Of a DNA stretch of 64,000 nt, positions 1 to 12,175 are shown piece by piece (the stretch's first letter is position 1; the number at the start of each line of letters is the position of its first letter). Source of the DNA: Octopus sinensis. Taxonomy: Eukaryota. The stretch is from assembly GCF_006345805.1 (NCBI RefSeq), contig NC_042997.1, forward strand, positions 153,512,001-153,576,000. The letters run 5' to 3'. The notes beneath the pieces are model-generated. The model was not told the origin of the DNA. It did not search any database and saw only the letters and a program-made list of their open reading frames with translations. Made by a program: the position numbers and the translations under genes.

Positions 1-299
1 AGACAAACGAACACAAGTGGAATAGTGGAAAACTGCAATTTACAATGTGACTTGTAAAGACATGTATTATTATATTTGTACAAGTTCCGTTTCCTGCAAT
101 AACTGAAAGTGAATCAAGGGAAATCTTCAATGAACCACCTACGTATGTATGTATATTACAGGATTCAATAAAGTCAGGACACGGTAGTGTATTCTTTTAT
201 ACATAATAACAGAAAGGTTCGGTCTACCTGCTGAAGATTGGAAACTAGTAACTCTGAGCACTGGAAATTGGAGCCTCGTGTTGAAAAGTTAATCTCTAC

Positions 300-478
300 A
301 CATCTTTTCTCTCTCCGTTCTTTCGTTCTCTCTCCATTTTTCCCTCTCAGTCCTTTCTGTCGAAGAGCGTAGGCTCGAAACGTCAAAGACTTTTCCATTC
401 TTCCCGAGCGTCAAATAATACAACTGCTTACTGCTCCTTTACCTGCCTTCGTCTTTTGTTTTCTGTAAATCTGAACTA
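300..478 (+). mobile_element. Penelope-type terminal repeat fragment, family B, ending at a (TA)n tract
   Basis: Shares GAAGAGC...GCTCGAAACGT...GAGCGT...TCTTTTGTTTT with 11760-11962 and 26618-26803. All three end at TA runs and carry a hammerhead-like motif. The Penelope assignment is inferred from these properties. Confidence 0.6.
353..388 (+). ncRNA. Degenerate minimal hammerhead-like motif (core CUGUCGAA)
   Basis: CTTT / CTGTCGAA / GAGC-GTAG-GCTC / GAAAC-GTC / AAAG. Stem I and stem II pair, but A6 is substituted. Confidence 0.45.
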
Positions 479-944
479 TATATATATAATGCAAATAATA
501 AGAAAATGGAGAAAAACATAGATTAACCAATATATATAAATAGGACCACATTTAAAGCTTGTTTATTGATACAAAGCAAGACATAACATGTCACTCCCAG
601 AAGGGACTTATGTGAGTTGTCTCGTTTGAGTATGACTTAATTCCAGGTGTCCTTTACACCAGGTGCATAGAGAAAATATTTTCTTACGCCTAAAAATTTC
701 AGCCGACCCACAGACTAATAATACACATACCTTCTGTATATGAGTTCGATTTTGTTAAGAAAGAGAGAGAGAGGGGGATTAATGTTTGAATTGGTAATGA
801 CTAGTAATCCTATGTAAATAAGAAACTCTAGGCATATAACGAAATTTTGATTGGTGCCCCACTATGGTCGCACGCGGATGGCTGATATAAGTAGAAGAGT
901 AATAGAACAGTATGGAGGATATATAAAACATTGACCGATCTTGA

Positions 945-1110
945 ACTTCTCAATCACATGCTTTCGTGATCGGTTCCACTGCGTAGCATCTTGAACAAGT
1001 GTCTTCTAAGATAGCCCTAGACCGACTAAAGCCCTGTTTGTGGGTTTAGTAGAGGGCAACTGAAAAAACCCTTTGTATATATTTGTGTGTGTCTGTTTGC
1101 ATGTATGTGT
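945..1110 (+). mobile_element. Degenerate tRNA-derived SINE, group 2
   Basis: CACATG...CCACTGCGTAGCATCTTGAACAAGTGTCTTC...GCAACTGAAAAA aligns by eye to the copies at 25990 and 57392. Confidence 0.55.
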
Positions 1111-3798
1111 GTTTGTATGCATGTACGTATGTATCTATGCACGAATATATGCATCAATGTGTGAATGTATATGTGTGTGTTTGTATCTCCTTGTCTTGAC
1201 ATTGTGTGATTGTAAATGAATAAATATTCATTTCCAATATTCTGCGAAAATATGCCTGGCAATGGGGAAGTATTACATTACTTTCTAATAAGTAAAGTTT
1301 GCTGAAAGTAAAGGCACCTGACTGTAGAAGATCTGCTTTAAATAATTCTGACCGACTCATGCAGGCATAGAAAAGAGGACGTTAAAACGATGATGATGAC
1401 CGATATTCTTACTGCATGAATACGAACCAAAGAGAGAAACTCTACGTAACTTATCAACATGCCAGAAAGAGCAACCAATTATGTTCCAAACCACACCCTA
1501 CGGTCACAGCATTGGATAATTTAGATTATGGTAAACTATGTTTCAAAATAGAACTGGAAAGATATATCTGGGATGCTTTTGGCCGTAGATCTCATCGATT
1601 AGAGCCATCTTGGGTCAAAACAAGACTCCAGCCACAACAAAAGCAACTACAATAACAGCAACAATAACCTGGCCTTTCAAGAGTATAAAGAGGATTAGAG
1701 CATTTATACAGCCCATCTTTCATTCTAACAGTTTAAGAAGATAGGAATATCGTGTAATTGGCGAGGAGATAATTTCAGATCTGCAACGTAAAAAACATGT
1801 AGTAAGAATGATGAGTTGTAATGAAAATATGGAAACAAAAATGCTCAAAAACCTTTTTTACAAGCATAATATATATTATTAGCGCTATGAGGACTTGTAT
1901 GTTTTGAAGGATGTCAATACCAGAATCGTCTTCCCTTCGTGACACTAGCAAGTGAGAACGTGGTCAAGAAACCGGTAGAAAATGTAGGCCCAAATATTTT
2001 CCCATAATATTAATATTCAGTCAAGATCTAGTGATTCTAGAGGTTGACGTATATGAGGGAGACTTTTCTAAAAGATGTGCATAGGTGAACTTCACTGCAT
2101 TCGTTCAACCTGCTGGAGACAACAACCAAATCTTCCTTAAATCATACCCTACCGTCTAAGAACCTGGAATAACATGTCGAATAATGTAGTCTTGGATGCA
2201 ATGCCTGAAAATAAAATGAATGCGATGGTCATTGTTGAAATACTTTTGATCAAAGTTATTTTCCTTCAGAGTTCAAATGGTTTTCTTCTCTCAAATTTCA
2301 GTCACGAAGCTTTGAGTAATCTTAAGCTATGATAGAAGATACTTTGCCAAAGGCATCATACAGTAATTGTTCAGAATAACTATTACCAAGAACATTGTAC
2401 AGCAGACATGATTACATGATTCTTAAATAATTCCAGTAATAGCGAATTGTATAACTAAAATACAAAGGTGCAGCAGATATGGCAATGTGATTAATAAGTT
2501 CGCTTCGCTACTATTTACTTTCGGCAAATTGGACAAGTCTTTTCCATTATAGTTCCGAGCTTACCAAAGCATTATGAGTGAGTTTAGTAGGCGGAAATTG
2601 CATGGAAGCCCCACGTGTGCGGACGTATTTTTCTGCTTGCCTCCCCACCACTACTTGACAACAATAGTTGGTTTGCTTATGTCCATGTAACTTTGCAGCT
2701 CGGTAAAAGAACTCGATAGAAAGTAATAGATTTTGAAAAATATATAAGTCAGATGGTGTCACTGTATAGCTACAGGTCAATGACTGAAACAGAGTAAAAG
2801 AATTAAGAAAGAATAAAAATATTTTAAAGATATTTTTCTTTCTTGGTTTTTATGGTGACTTAGACAAAAACATTAACATTGATTAATCGTTCTTCGAGGT
2901 AAAGTTCATTGACACAACCAGGTCCAGGAAAACCTTCATTACCATGCAGCATTCTAGTGAATTAATATTTTAATATAATGAATGCAATAGCTCTTAATGA
3001 AACTTAAATGATTTTTCAAAATGGCTGACTCATCCAAACAAATCTGAAAACTATTTGACTTCTGGTTGAGAAATAACGGCAACAATAACAATAACAGCAA
3101 CAAAAGATGTTAGGCATTATACAGTGAAGAATAACACGTAAAAGTTGTATGGTGTCTCATTTAGGAATATTTTATACTTTTCAAATATCTATAATGAAAA
3201 ACAAAGGAAAGAAAATAATATTAATACAGTTATCACGAAGCATTTTTGCCAAATACTGGGTGTAAAAAGTGTTGTTTACATATAATGTGCAAATAGTATA
3301 TTTATTCTTAAAATCATGTTAACTAATCAAGGAATACATTATACAATACGGTAATTATACAGTAATAAATTATACAATACAAAATATTTATTGTTTCTAA
3401 TTATTCGTATTTTAAAATATTTAACTTCATGCATAAAGTAAATTCATATTTAATTTATATATGGTCTTAGAAATGAAATAATTCAGGCGCCAAGTCAGCA
3501 ACTACAGGGAAAAGTTAGCCCCAAATAAAAGACTAATAAAATATTGGCCCCAATATTTTATTGATCTTTTTATTGAGTCTGGAAAGAGAAAGGGAAAAGT
3601 TAAAATTTGAACTTAGGATGTAAAGATCCGGGATAGATGTCGTTAGACGCTTTGTTCGACGCTCTAATAATTCCGACCAACCACCGCCCTTGGTGACGAA
3701 TAATTATATGATGACGATATAGTGAGAATTAATAACAAATATTTTGGGCTTCCCATACGAAAACCGATCTGTGGTATGTTTCACGTGGTATATATAAT

Positions 3799-4032
3799 GC
3801 GGCGAGCTGGCAGAAACGTTAGCACGCCGGGCGAAATGTTTAGCGGGATTTCGCCTGCGTTACGTTGTGAGTTCAAATTCCGCCGAGGTCGACTTTGCCT
3901 TTCATCCTTTCGGGGTCGATAAATTAAGTACCAGTTACGCACTGGAGTCGATGTAATCGACTTGATACCTATGTCTGTCCTTGTTTGTCCTCTCTGTGTT
4001 TAGCCCCTTGTGGGTAATAAAGAAATAGGTAT
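3799..4032 (+). mobile_element. tRNA-derived SINE, group 1 (Octopus OK/OR-like; exact family not determined)
   Basis: Head GGCGAGCTGGCAGAAACGTTAG, B-box-like GAGTTCAAATTCC, body GGTCGACTTTGCCTTTCATCCTTTCGGGGTCGAT. More than 10 related copies in the window. Confidence 0.9.
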
Positions 4033-5029
4033 GTTTTACGTGGGTAACAAAGTATATTTAGCTCTAATTCGCAACAAGTTTGTAGTCTGTACGTCTCGAC
4101 AAGGAATTATCACAATCTATAAAAATACGCCACAATAGCTCCTATTCGCAAGAAAAATAACCTTGATGAATAAGCTTGTGTTAGAGTTAGGAAGGCGCAG
4201 CTTTTGAAGTGAGTATATTTATTAAATGTAAGTCTATATATTAGTATCTAGAAAAAGTATTATACTTGTTATTCTTCGTAATTAACAGTTATTCCGGGAG
4301 CCTGGCCTGACATGAAAGTTTTCAACTAACACCAATAGTATTCCTTAAACTACGAAATTCAATAACCACGATAGTTTTACGTATTCTGGAGACCCTATCA
4401 ACTCTAACTCAAGTTTATTGACCCCATACAAAAATTAATTTTTCATCCACACTGAATATCTAGACCGAATAAATATTGGTTTTAATTTAGGTGCTATTCC
4501 AAGGTGACGAGCTGGCGAATCGCTAAGATCATCGGAAAAATGCCGTACGGTATTCTTTCGACTCTTAAAGTACGAGATGAGTACTGGTGTCCATAGAATT
4601 TTGGTCTTTTGGCCTATATTAGAGAGAATTTAGGTGCCAGTAGTCCTGCGGCGAAGGGAGATAATGGAACATGTCCGTTTGAGCACTTGCAAGTTTGTAA
4701 TGGTAAATCTGCACATAAGCAGCTTGAGTTATTATCGCTTCTATTTCAAACGATGGCGATGCAGAGAATTGACAGCACCTCGACTCATTAAGCAGCCATT
4801 TTCCTGCTTATTTTGAAGCTTGACTAATTTTGGGCTAACAAATGTACCTGCGATTGGTGGATGTGCACTCTGTTATCTATGGCAGCACAAATAATTCACA
4901 ACTTTGCATGAAGTTGTCGTACTCTGATGCATGTGGATTCCTACAAGATGTGCATGTGTGTCTGTATTTGTGTGTGTATATGTGTATATGTGTGTGTATG
5001 TGTGCACTTAAGAAGATATTTCAGGCGTT

Positions 5030-5883
5030 TTCAGGAAAAACATTTATTAATTTCAAAGAAATGCAAATTTCTAATTTCCTATAAAATAAGATGCTCTAAC
5101 TTCAATGCACTTGTAGCGTCCCACCCACTTCGTAAAGGACCCCTGGTTGCTCTTCAATGTGAATGTGTCCAGGAATCTTCTCATAGCCTCGTTCATCTTC
5201 AAAGCGACTATTCCTGAGGTGGTCCTTCGGCTTGAAGAACAACGAAGAGTCATAGGGAGCGAGGTCTGGACTGTAGGGACGTTGTGGGACAGTTTTGCCC
5301 ATTTCTGTCAATTAGCTTATTACCAGGATACTAGTCATTAAACACGCTGATAAACTTAGCACAAATTTTGCGCATGCTCAGATCTTCATGAATAATTCTG
5401 AGTGTTGTTACCACACCAACTCCAAACTGAATGCTTATTACCTTAATAGATACAAGTTTTCATCCAGAAAATTGCGAATTTTCTTCACCAGCACTGATGT
5501 TCTGACTTTCTTCCCCACCCCACATACACACCTTTTATCGCATTGACATTCTCTCCTGTTCATGAACCTCTTGTCTGTGAAAAAGCTTACTCATAAGCTG
5601 TCTAGAATATTTCATAAGTTTCTCTAGCGCATTTGCCCAGTTCTACACTGAACACTATTGCTTTCCGAGCTTTCAAACATGACTGCATCCCGAAAACTAG
5701 TCGGTTGTAACAAGCAGTGCTTAGTAAGGTGCTCAAAGTGATGTTACAGGCGTCTCCTTCAATGTGGAATAATAAAAGTTGGCAGGTCAGCTTATTAGAT
5801 GTGTAGTAACGATATATTAATATTACAATAATCTACATTTATAACTGTCTCTTTGAGAAAAGTCTCAAAACTTTTAGAATGTA

Positions 5884-5888
<5 letters not shown>
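5030..5888 (-). mobile_element. Internally deleted, decayed mariner transposon
   Basis: Minus strand encodes HTH-like N-terminal remnants (LGKCARETYEIF; RIIHEDLSMRK) joined to the C-terminal PYSPDLAP motif and a W-x-x-RY-x-C tail. TIR-like TGAGATACATTCTAAAAGTTT abuts TA at 5889. Confidence 0.85.
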
Positions 5889-5960
<72 letters not shown>

Positions 5961-6321
5961 AGGATTATATTATCATGAAACTCAGAAATAACCAATGACT
6001 TATATTTGAACAAAGTAAACAAACATATATACAATGCGACATATTGTCATTTCTTGATTTACTGAAATTATGTCCGCGTCGTTTGGTGACAATTCAGAAG
6101 AATTTTAAATGAGAAACGCAAATAATATTAATAAATCTCTGAACGAGATATTGCTGATCAAAAATTCTCCAAAACTGACTTATGAATAAAACGACTATCT
6201 AAAGATAAGAGGACGACTGTGTACCCTTGTTTCTACCTTAGTAGGCGTCATTAACACAGCATTCTCTCACCAATTTGTAGCATAACTAGACACTCAAACA
6301 TACACAAAAATGTGTGTACGC

Positions 6322-6326
6322 GTGTA

Positions 6327-6362
<36 letters not shown>

Positions 6363-6391
6363 TGTATGTATGTATGTATGTATGTATGTAT
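6322..6391. repeat. (TATG)n microsatellite
   Basis: Direct reading of the sequence. Confidence 0.95.
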
Positions 6392-7442
6392 GAGTCTGAA
6401 TGTAAATATGTATGTGCATGCATATCTGTGTATATGTATATACAAATGTATATATGTATATGATTATATTTACGTATATAATTTCTTCCCTTCTCTCCCA
6501 CTCTCATGTAAATATATATAGTCTCTCCTTGAATTGGGTGTTTGTTACTGGATACGTCATTAGCGTCATGAATATATACACATACATAGTGTCTGTGTTT
6601 GTATATATACACACACACAAGCAACAGTGTGTTTTCTAAAATATTACGCAGTGTTGAGTCACTCCTGACAGTCAAAATTTTCTACGTCTGAAATGCTAAC
6701 CAGCTGTTGTGAATGTAATAGCCGACATAAGTCTATTTGTAGCTACTCTCCTTCAATGACACGGAAAATCAAATTATAAGCAATACATCATTGAAAAATC
6801 TATAAAATTGGTACGTCTATATACATACATACACGTATACATCGTATATACATTATATATATGTATATGGGTGCATGTGAGCGTAAATACGTTTAAACAT
6901 ATATAATGGTACAGACGGAAAATGTAATATACGAGAAACTTTACTACTCTCAACTATCGTTTCAACCTATCCTGCATCGATCCCTCGCAGCTGGAATGCT
7001 GTGCAACTGGTTGTGATGGATCGCTCGGCGCAGAAGTGTCTCGTCACTCGATGTTATGAGTGGTACCTCGTTAAATAATCCCTGTTTCGCTCGGTTCTAA
7101 TGCACTATGTTGTCAGTGACCGTAGGTTTAAGTCATGTGTGTGTGTGTGTAAAATATGTGTATTTGTGTGGCTGTGTAGTTAAGTAATATGTTGCGAAAT
7201 AAAGGTGTCTCGAGCTAGAATCTACTGTGTGTCATCCTTGGAGAAGTTTCAAATACCAAAATTACCGAACTCCCTGCTCGACCCTATCTTTTGTGAATGT
7301 ATTCGGGGAGATGGGATTTGTATGGATTGAGGAGCAAGATCATCAGATAATTTGTTCATGTAATTCCAAAGTCCAGCCTTGGTACACTGCGTGTGAGTAT
7401 AACGTCAAATATACATTGGGATTTTAGATTTTGATAGCTCAA

Positions 7443-7668
7443 GATGGCGAGCTGAAAGAAATCGTTGCCACACCGAACGAAACTGCCTAGCAGCATCTAT
7501 TTTTCTTTTTTTTTTTTAGATTTAAGTTAGGAGTTCAAATACCACCGGGATCGAATTTGCCTAACATATTTTCGGATCGATAAAATAAGTCCAGGTTGAG
7601 CACTGGGGTTGATATAATCGACTAGCACTCTCCCACAAATTTTCAGGCTTTGTACATGTAGTAGAAAG
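7443..7668 (+). mobile_element. Degenerate SINE, group 1
   Basis: GGCGAGCTG head, GAGTTCAAATACC, CACTGGGGTTGATATAATCGACT, and tail CAAATTTTCAGGCTTTGT...GTAGAAAG. Confidence 0.75.
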
Positions 7669-7980
7669 TCTACAGCAGAAAGGAATATGTAGATAGTTCG
7701 GTCGATCAAACAATTGTAGAAACTATCGTTGACAGTGACGGAGGATCTATTTTATATTACGAAACCATTATATTAAAAAAAGATTTCGAAGTGTCTACGT
7801 TTTCTGGCAATGAATATCAATTTCATTTCTTGTTCATTCTTTTTTTTCTTGCGTTATTTCTTTATATTTATCTCTCTATCTCTCTCTTCCTTCCTTCGCT
7901 TATTTGTATCTTTCTTTATAGTTTATTAATTTGATTGTTTGCTATGTTTGATTACTTTTTTCTTTCTGTCTTCCAATCAG

Positions 7981-8088
7981 GTTACTGTCCAGGGATATGG
8001 GATGGAATATTATGCTGGCCAGACACTGAGGCTGGAACGCTGGCGAATTTGTCATGTCCTGCCTATGTTAACAAATTTAATACCGACT
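7981..8088 (+). CDS. Coding exon of a secretin-family (class B1) GPCR, ectodomain (HRM) part 1: (G)YCPGIWDGILCWPDTEAGTLANLSCPAYVNKFNTD
   Basis: Polypyrimidine tract ending TCAG at 7977-7980 and GTAAGT donor at 8089. 108 nt, phase 1 to phase 1. The translation carries the class B ectodomain signature C-x3-WDG-x2-CWP-x3-G-x6-CP and an NLS sequon. Confidence 0.92.
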
Positions 8089-8218
8089 GTAAGTACTGAA
8101 AGTTATTCTTCCCCTTTTCTCATCGCTCTCTACTATTTATCTGTCTATTTATCTTCTATCTTCCTCCTCTTTATCTTCATACACAAACACTCACACATAC
8201 ATACATACAGAAACGTAT

Positions 8219-8261
<43 letters not shown>

Positions 8262-8371
8262 CTTGTCCATGTTGTATTTTTCTACATACCTTAACATATA
8301 TTCCAGGCGCCCCGTACCCACCTTATCATTAATGTGAGCACATATTTTTAATAATTGGTACGACTCTCTTT

Positions 8372-8411
8372 TTGTCTCCCTCTCTCTCTCATTTTTACTT
8401 GATCTGTCCCC

Positions 8412-8442
<31 letters not shown>

Positions 8443-8640
8443 ACTCATCCTCTTTTTCTCTTCTCTTTACCTCCTATTTCTTTGTCTCGCTCTGCACTCA
8501 CAGGTCATTCTTCGACACCCATCCCTTCTCCTCTCTGATCCCTTCTTTCTCTCTCTTCTCTCTCTTTGTTGCGTTTTGTCCCTCGTCTCTCTCTCTCTTC
8601 CTTTGCTTCTCTTTCTTTTCTTTTCCCTCTTCTCTGTCAC
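8372..8640. repeat. Long polypyrimidine (CT-rich) low-complexity tract
   Basis: About 270 nt of almost pure C/T on the + strand. Confidence 0.85.
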
Positions 8641-8899
8641 GTGACTGTTGGCCGAAATCTGCCTTTCAGCTCCTGACCCTCGTCGTGTTAACATCGTTGT
8701 TTTTCGTCCGCCGCTATAAAGGCTTCTTCCAATGCGCCAGAGAAAAAATTTGTTTGCTTGTTATCAGTCGTAAGACACTTGTTGTTTTCACCGTTAATGC
8801 TTCTGTATTTCATGTTTCTGTATTCCATTATTGTTTTTTGTTTTTTTTTATATCTGTCCCTTTTGCTGTCCTGGTGTTCGTATGCATTCGATCCTTCTT

Positions 8900-9121
8900 C
8901 CAGGAAATCTACGCTTCCAGCTTAGTTTTTCTAATGCTCGTTGCTTAGTTTTTTCTGGAGGGCTGGCCGTGATCTAGTAATCTCAAGATTAATCAGCCGA
9001 AATTACTACGATGATCCGGTTCTTGACTGAAGACTGAGGGGTTCGAATGTCCTGTCCATGTTTATTGTGTCGTCTTCTAAGAGTTATACGTTCTTGTCCA
9101 TGTTGTATTTTTCTACATACC

Positions 9122-9125
<4 letters not shown>
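8900..9125 (+). mobile_element. Penelope-type terminal repeat fragment, family A, ending at (TA)n
   Basis: AATCAGCCGAAATT...GATGATCCGGTTCTTGACTGAAGA...GTCGTCTTCTAA...CGTTCTTGTCC recurs in reverse at 25048-25330 and 26408-26581. Its last ~40 nt are also duplicated at ~8258-8297. Confidence 0.6.
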
Positions 9126-9166
<41 letters not shown>

Positions 9167-9744
9167 GTATACTTCTATATACAAAGTGATACATACATAT
9201 ATATACATATATACATAAAAGAGCCAAACCAAACCAAACAAGAAAACAAAAAACAGAAGGAAAGAAGAGAAATAAGTGTGTGTGTATGTATGTATACACA
9301 CACACACACATACATATACATATGAGAGAGAGAGAGAGAGATACTCGCACACATATACACTAACAGATCTTGTTTTTGTAGCTCTTTCCTCTTCTTTCCT
9401 TTTCTTTTTTCTTTCGTTTTCTTCTTTGGTTTGAGGACAGAGAGAGAGAATGAGAGAGAGAGATTAAGAAATGCTCACTGAATTATTTTCGTTAGACTAG
9501 TATCTAAATGGCAAGAAATAATTCAAATGAATGTATGTTTGTATATATGATAAAAAAAGAAAATATGGCGGTAAATTGGTAGAATCGTTAGAGCGTCTGA
9601 CAAAATGCCATGCGCTATTTACTGAATTAAAATCCCATTAAGATCATCTTCACCCTTTCATCACTCCGGTGCCAATGAAATATATTATCAGTCAAGAACT
9701 GGTGTCGATGGCATCGACTTAAAATAAACGTTGTAACTGAGTTA

Positions 9745-10085
9745 GTGAAGGTGAATGGCTCAGTGGTTAGCGCGTCGGGATCACAATTATGAAATAGCGA
9801 CGTCGACTCCTGGACCGGGTTGTGTGTTGTGTTCTTGAGCAATACACTTTATTTCACGTTGCTCTAATTCACGCATTTGTAGAAACGAGTTGCGATGTTA
9901 CTGGTGACAAGCTGTATTGGCCTTTGCCTTTCCCTTGAATAACATTGGTGTAGTGGTGAAGGGAGACTGGTATGCATTGGCGACTGCTGGTCTTCCATAA
10001 ACAACCTTGCCCAGACTTGTGCCTCGGAGAGGAACTTTCTAGGTGCAATCTCATGGTAATTCATGACCGAAGGAAGTCTTTTACC
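9745..10085 (+). mobile_element. tRNA-derived SINE, group 3 (body type X)
   Basis: A-box-like TGGCTCAGTGGTTAG head and CORE-like GTTGTGTTCTTGAGCAATACACTT segment shared with 41202-41528, followed by a different 3' body. Confidence 0.7.
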
Positions 10086-10144
10086 TGAATTAAAAACAAT
10101 ATATAATAGAGGTAATGGCGGACAACCAAAAGACAAAAATATTT

Positions 10145-10208
<64 letters not shown>

Positions 10209-10323
10209 TCCATGGATCTAAGTGTACGGAGTTTTTCCCTCGATAAGTAGTTATTACATCCGAGGATCTACTAGCTACAAAACCTATGTAACCTGGATTT
10301 TACCTGCTCCACTCCTTCAATTT

Positions 10324-10377
<54 letters not shown>

Positions 10378-10386
10378 GGGGGGGAG

Positions 10387-10451
<65 letters not shown>

Positions 10452-10454
<3 letters not shown>

Positions 10455-10562
10455 GGAGTTAAACTCAGGTGTTTTTCATATACATTTAATTCGACATATG
10501 TTTCGAAGACAACATTGGTATTATTCCAGAAGGAATAAAATGGTGTAAAACAATGCAATCTA
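10452..10562 (-). mobile_element. Penelope-type terminal repeat fragment, family E (hammerhead core lost)
   Basis: GACATATGTTTCGAAGACAACATTGG...GGAATAAA.TGGTGTAAAA closely matches 12012-12116, but the TCATCAG (CUGAUGA) segment is absent. Confidence 0.7.
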
Positions 10563-10776
10563 TATTATACAAAACATTTCACCTAAACCTGGAGTTTCTA
10601 CCTTTATAAACAGGCTGTAACATACTTGTTACTTGTATGAATTTTTGCTACCCTGGTAACTGTTTATATATTTTTCCGTGTCGTTTGTAAACACTACAAA
10701 AACTAGACATACATCATTATATATATAACATAAATAATATATAAGCATATGCATATATACATGCATATATGTACAT

Positions 10777-11095
10777 ATCAGTTGTCAAGCGATGTTGGGA
10801 GTGTGTGTGTGCCAGACACAGACACACAAATATATGCATACACATACATACATACATACATTCATATATACATGTATGTATGTATGTATGTATGTATGTA
10901 TGTATGTATGTATGTATGTATGTATGTGTATGCATTGAAAACCGATGCTGGTGTGTTTATGTCCCCGAAACATAGCGATTCGGCTAAATAAACTGATAGA
11001 ATAAGTACTAGATTTACAAAGAATAAGTCGGTTTGCTCGATTAAATGCGGTGTTCCTGCATGGCCGCAGTCACATGACTGAAACAAGTAAAAAAA
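10777..11095. mobile_element. Group 2 SINE 3' half with an inverted 5' segment
   Basis: 10777-10840 is the reverse complement of the SINE middle (CCCAACATCGCTTGACAAC). 10941-11095 is the forward continuation (ACCGATGCTGGTG...ACAAGTAAAA). Confidence 0.8.
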
Positions 11096-11124
11096 TAAAT
11101 ATATATATATATATATAATGTAAT

Positions 11125-11188
<64 letters not shown>

Positions 11189-11759
11189 ATCTTTATATCC
11201 AATCTAACGTCGATTAAAAGACTGAATACTACGTTATTTGTCTTGAGAGATCCTCTAGTATAAGGCATCAGATATGTGTATGCTTTTATGCACATGAGCA
11301 ACTATATGAGAGGATCTCTCAAGACTAATAATGCAGTATGCGGTGTTCAAACAAGACATCCATATTAAGTTACCTTTTGATTTTAATACACTTCATAATC
11401 AACACACGCGCGCGCGCGCGCGCGTGCACACACACATAGGCACACACACACACACAGGCACACACACACAAACACGCACACACGCACGCACACATACCCA
11501 TATATCTGTGTAGCTGCACTAAGCGGTGTTTACGTATAATCACAATTTAGGTTAGTTGAAATATGCTTGAAATATATTTCAACTGCTAAAGGCAAATACA
11601 CTGTAGTTACTGTGGAGAAACACATCTCTCTTATGGTAAAAAGGGTGTGAAAACACCCCATTCGTTCAGTGTCGCCCTCTCTCAGGAATCTCAGACATCA
11701 ATGCTTCGAGTTTATTGAGTCTTGTAGATGAGATGTACCTAAGAGAGACAAACACTGTG

Positions 11760-11958
11760 ACCGCGTGTGTACCGTTGGCGATTTTTTTCCTCCGTCTTCC
11801 CTTCTTTGGATCTTTCCTTTTCCTATGTTTCTGAAGAAGAGCACCGCTCGAAACGTTAAACCCTCCTTCTTTCCTTCTTTCCTGAGCGTCCAATAATACT
11901 ATTCTTGTTCCACGTCCTCGCGTTGTTGTGTTTTCTCTTTGTGTTTTCATGTTTGGAT

Positions 11959-11962
<4 letters not shown>
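11760..11962 (+). mobile_element. Penelope-type terminal repeat fragment, family B-related
   Basis: Similar to 300-478 and 26618-26803. Ends at the (TA)n tract 11962-12000. Confidence 0.6.
11827..11861 (+). ncRNA. Minimal type I hammerhead-like motif with intact CUGAAGA core plus one extra A
   Basis: GTTT / CTGAAGA-A / GAGC-ACC-GCTC / GAAAC-GT-T / AAAC. Loopless palindromic stem III (ACGT). Confidence 0.6.
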
Positions 11963-12000
<38 letters not shown>

Positions 12001-12002
<2 letters not shown>

Positions 12003-12140
12003 TAAATAAATGGAGTTGAACGCAGGTGTTATTCAAATTCTTTTACTTTCGACATATGTTTCGAAGACAACATTGGTTTTATTCCAAAGGAATAAATGGT
12101 GTAAAATAATGTAATCTTCTCATCAGGAAAGAAAGAGAAC
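12001..12140 (-). mobile_element. Penelope-type terminal repeat fragment, family E
   Basis: Homologous to 10452-10562, ends at the (TA)n tract, and contains a canonical hammerhead. Confidence 0.7.
12046..12131 (-). ncRNA. Type I hammerhead ribozyme, canonical core
   Basis: Minus strand reads CUUUC (stem I) CUGAUGA, stem II GAAGAUUACAUU/AAUGUUGUCUUC, GAAAC-AUAU-GUC (palindromic stem III, GUC cleavage triplet), GAAAG (stem I). Confidence 0.85.
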
Positions 12141-12175
12141 CTATCTCAACAACAAGACATTATAATTATTATAAT

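Noticed and set aside
9027-9051. CTGAAGA...TTCGAATGTC in family A repeats as a hammerhead
   Set aside because: Stems I and II do not pair consistently across the three copies.
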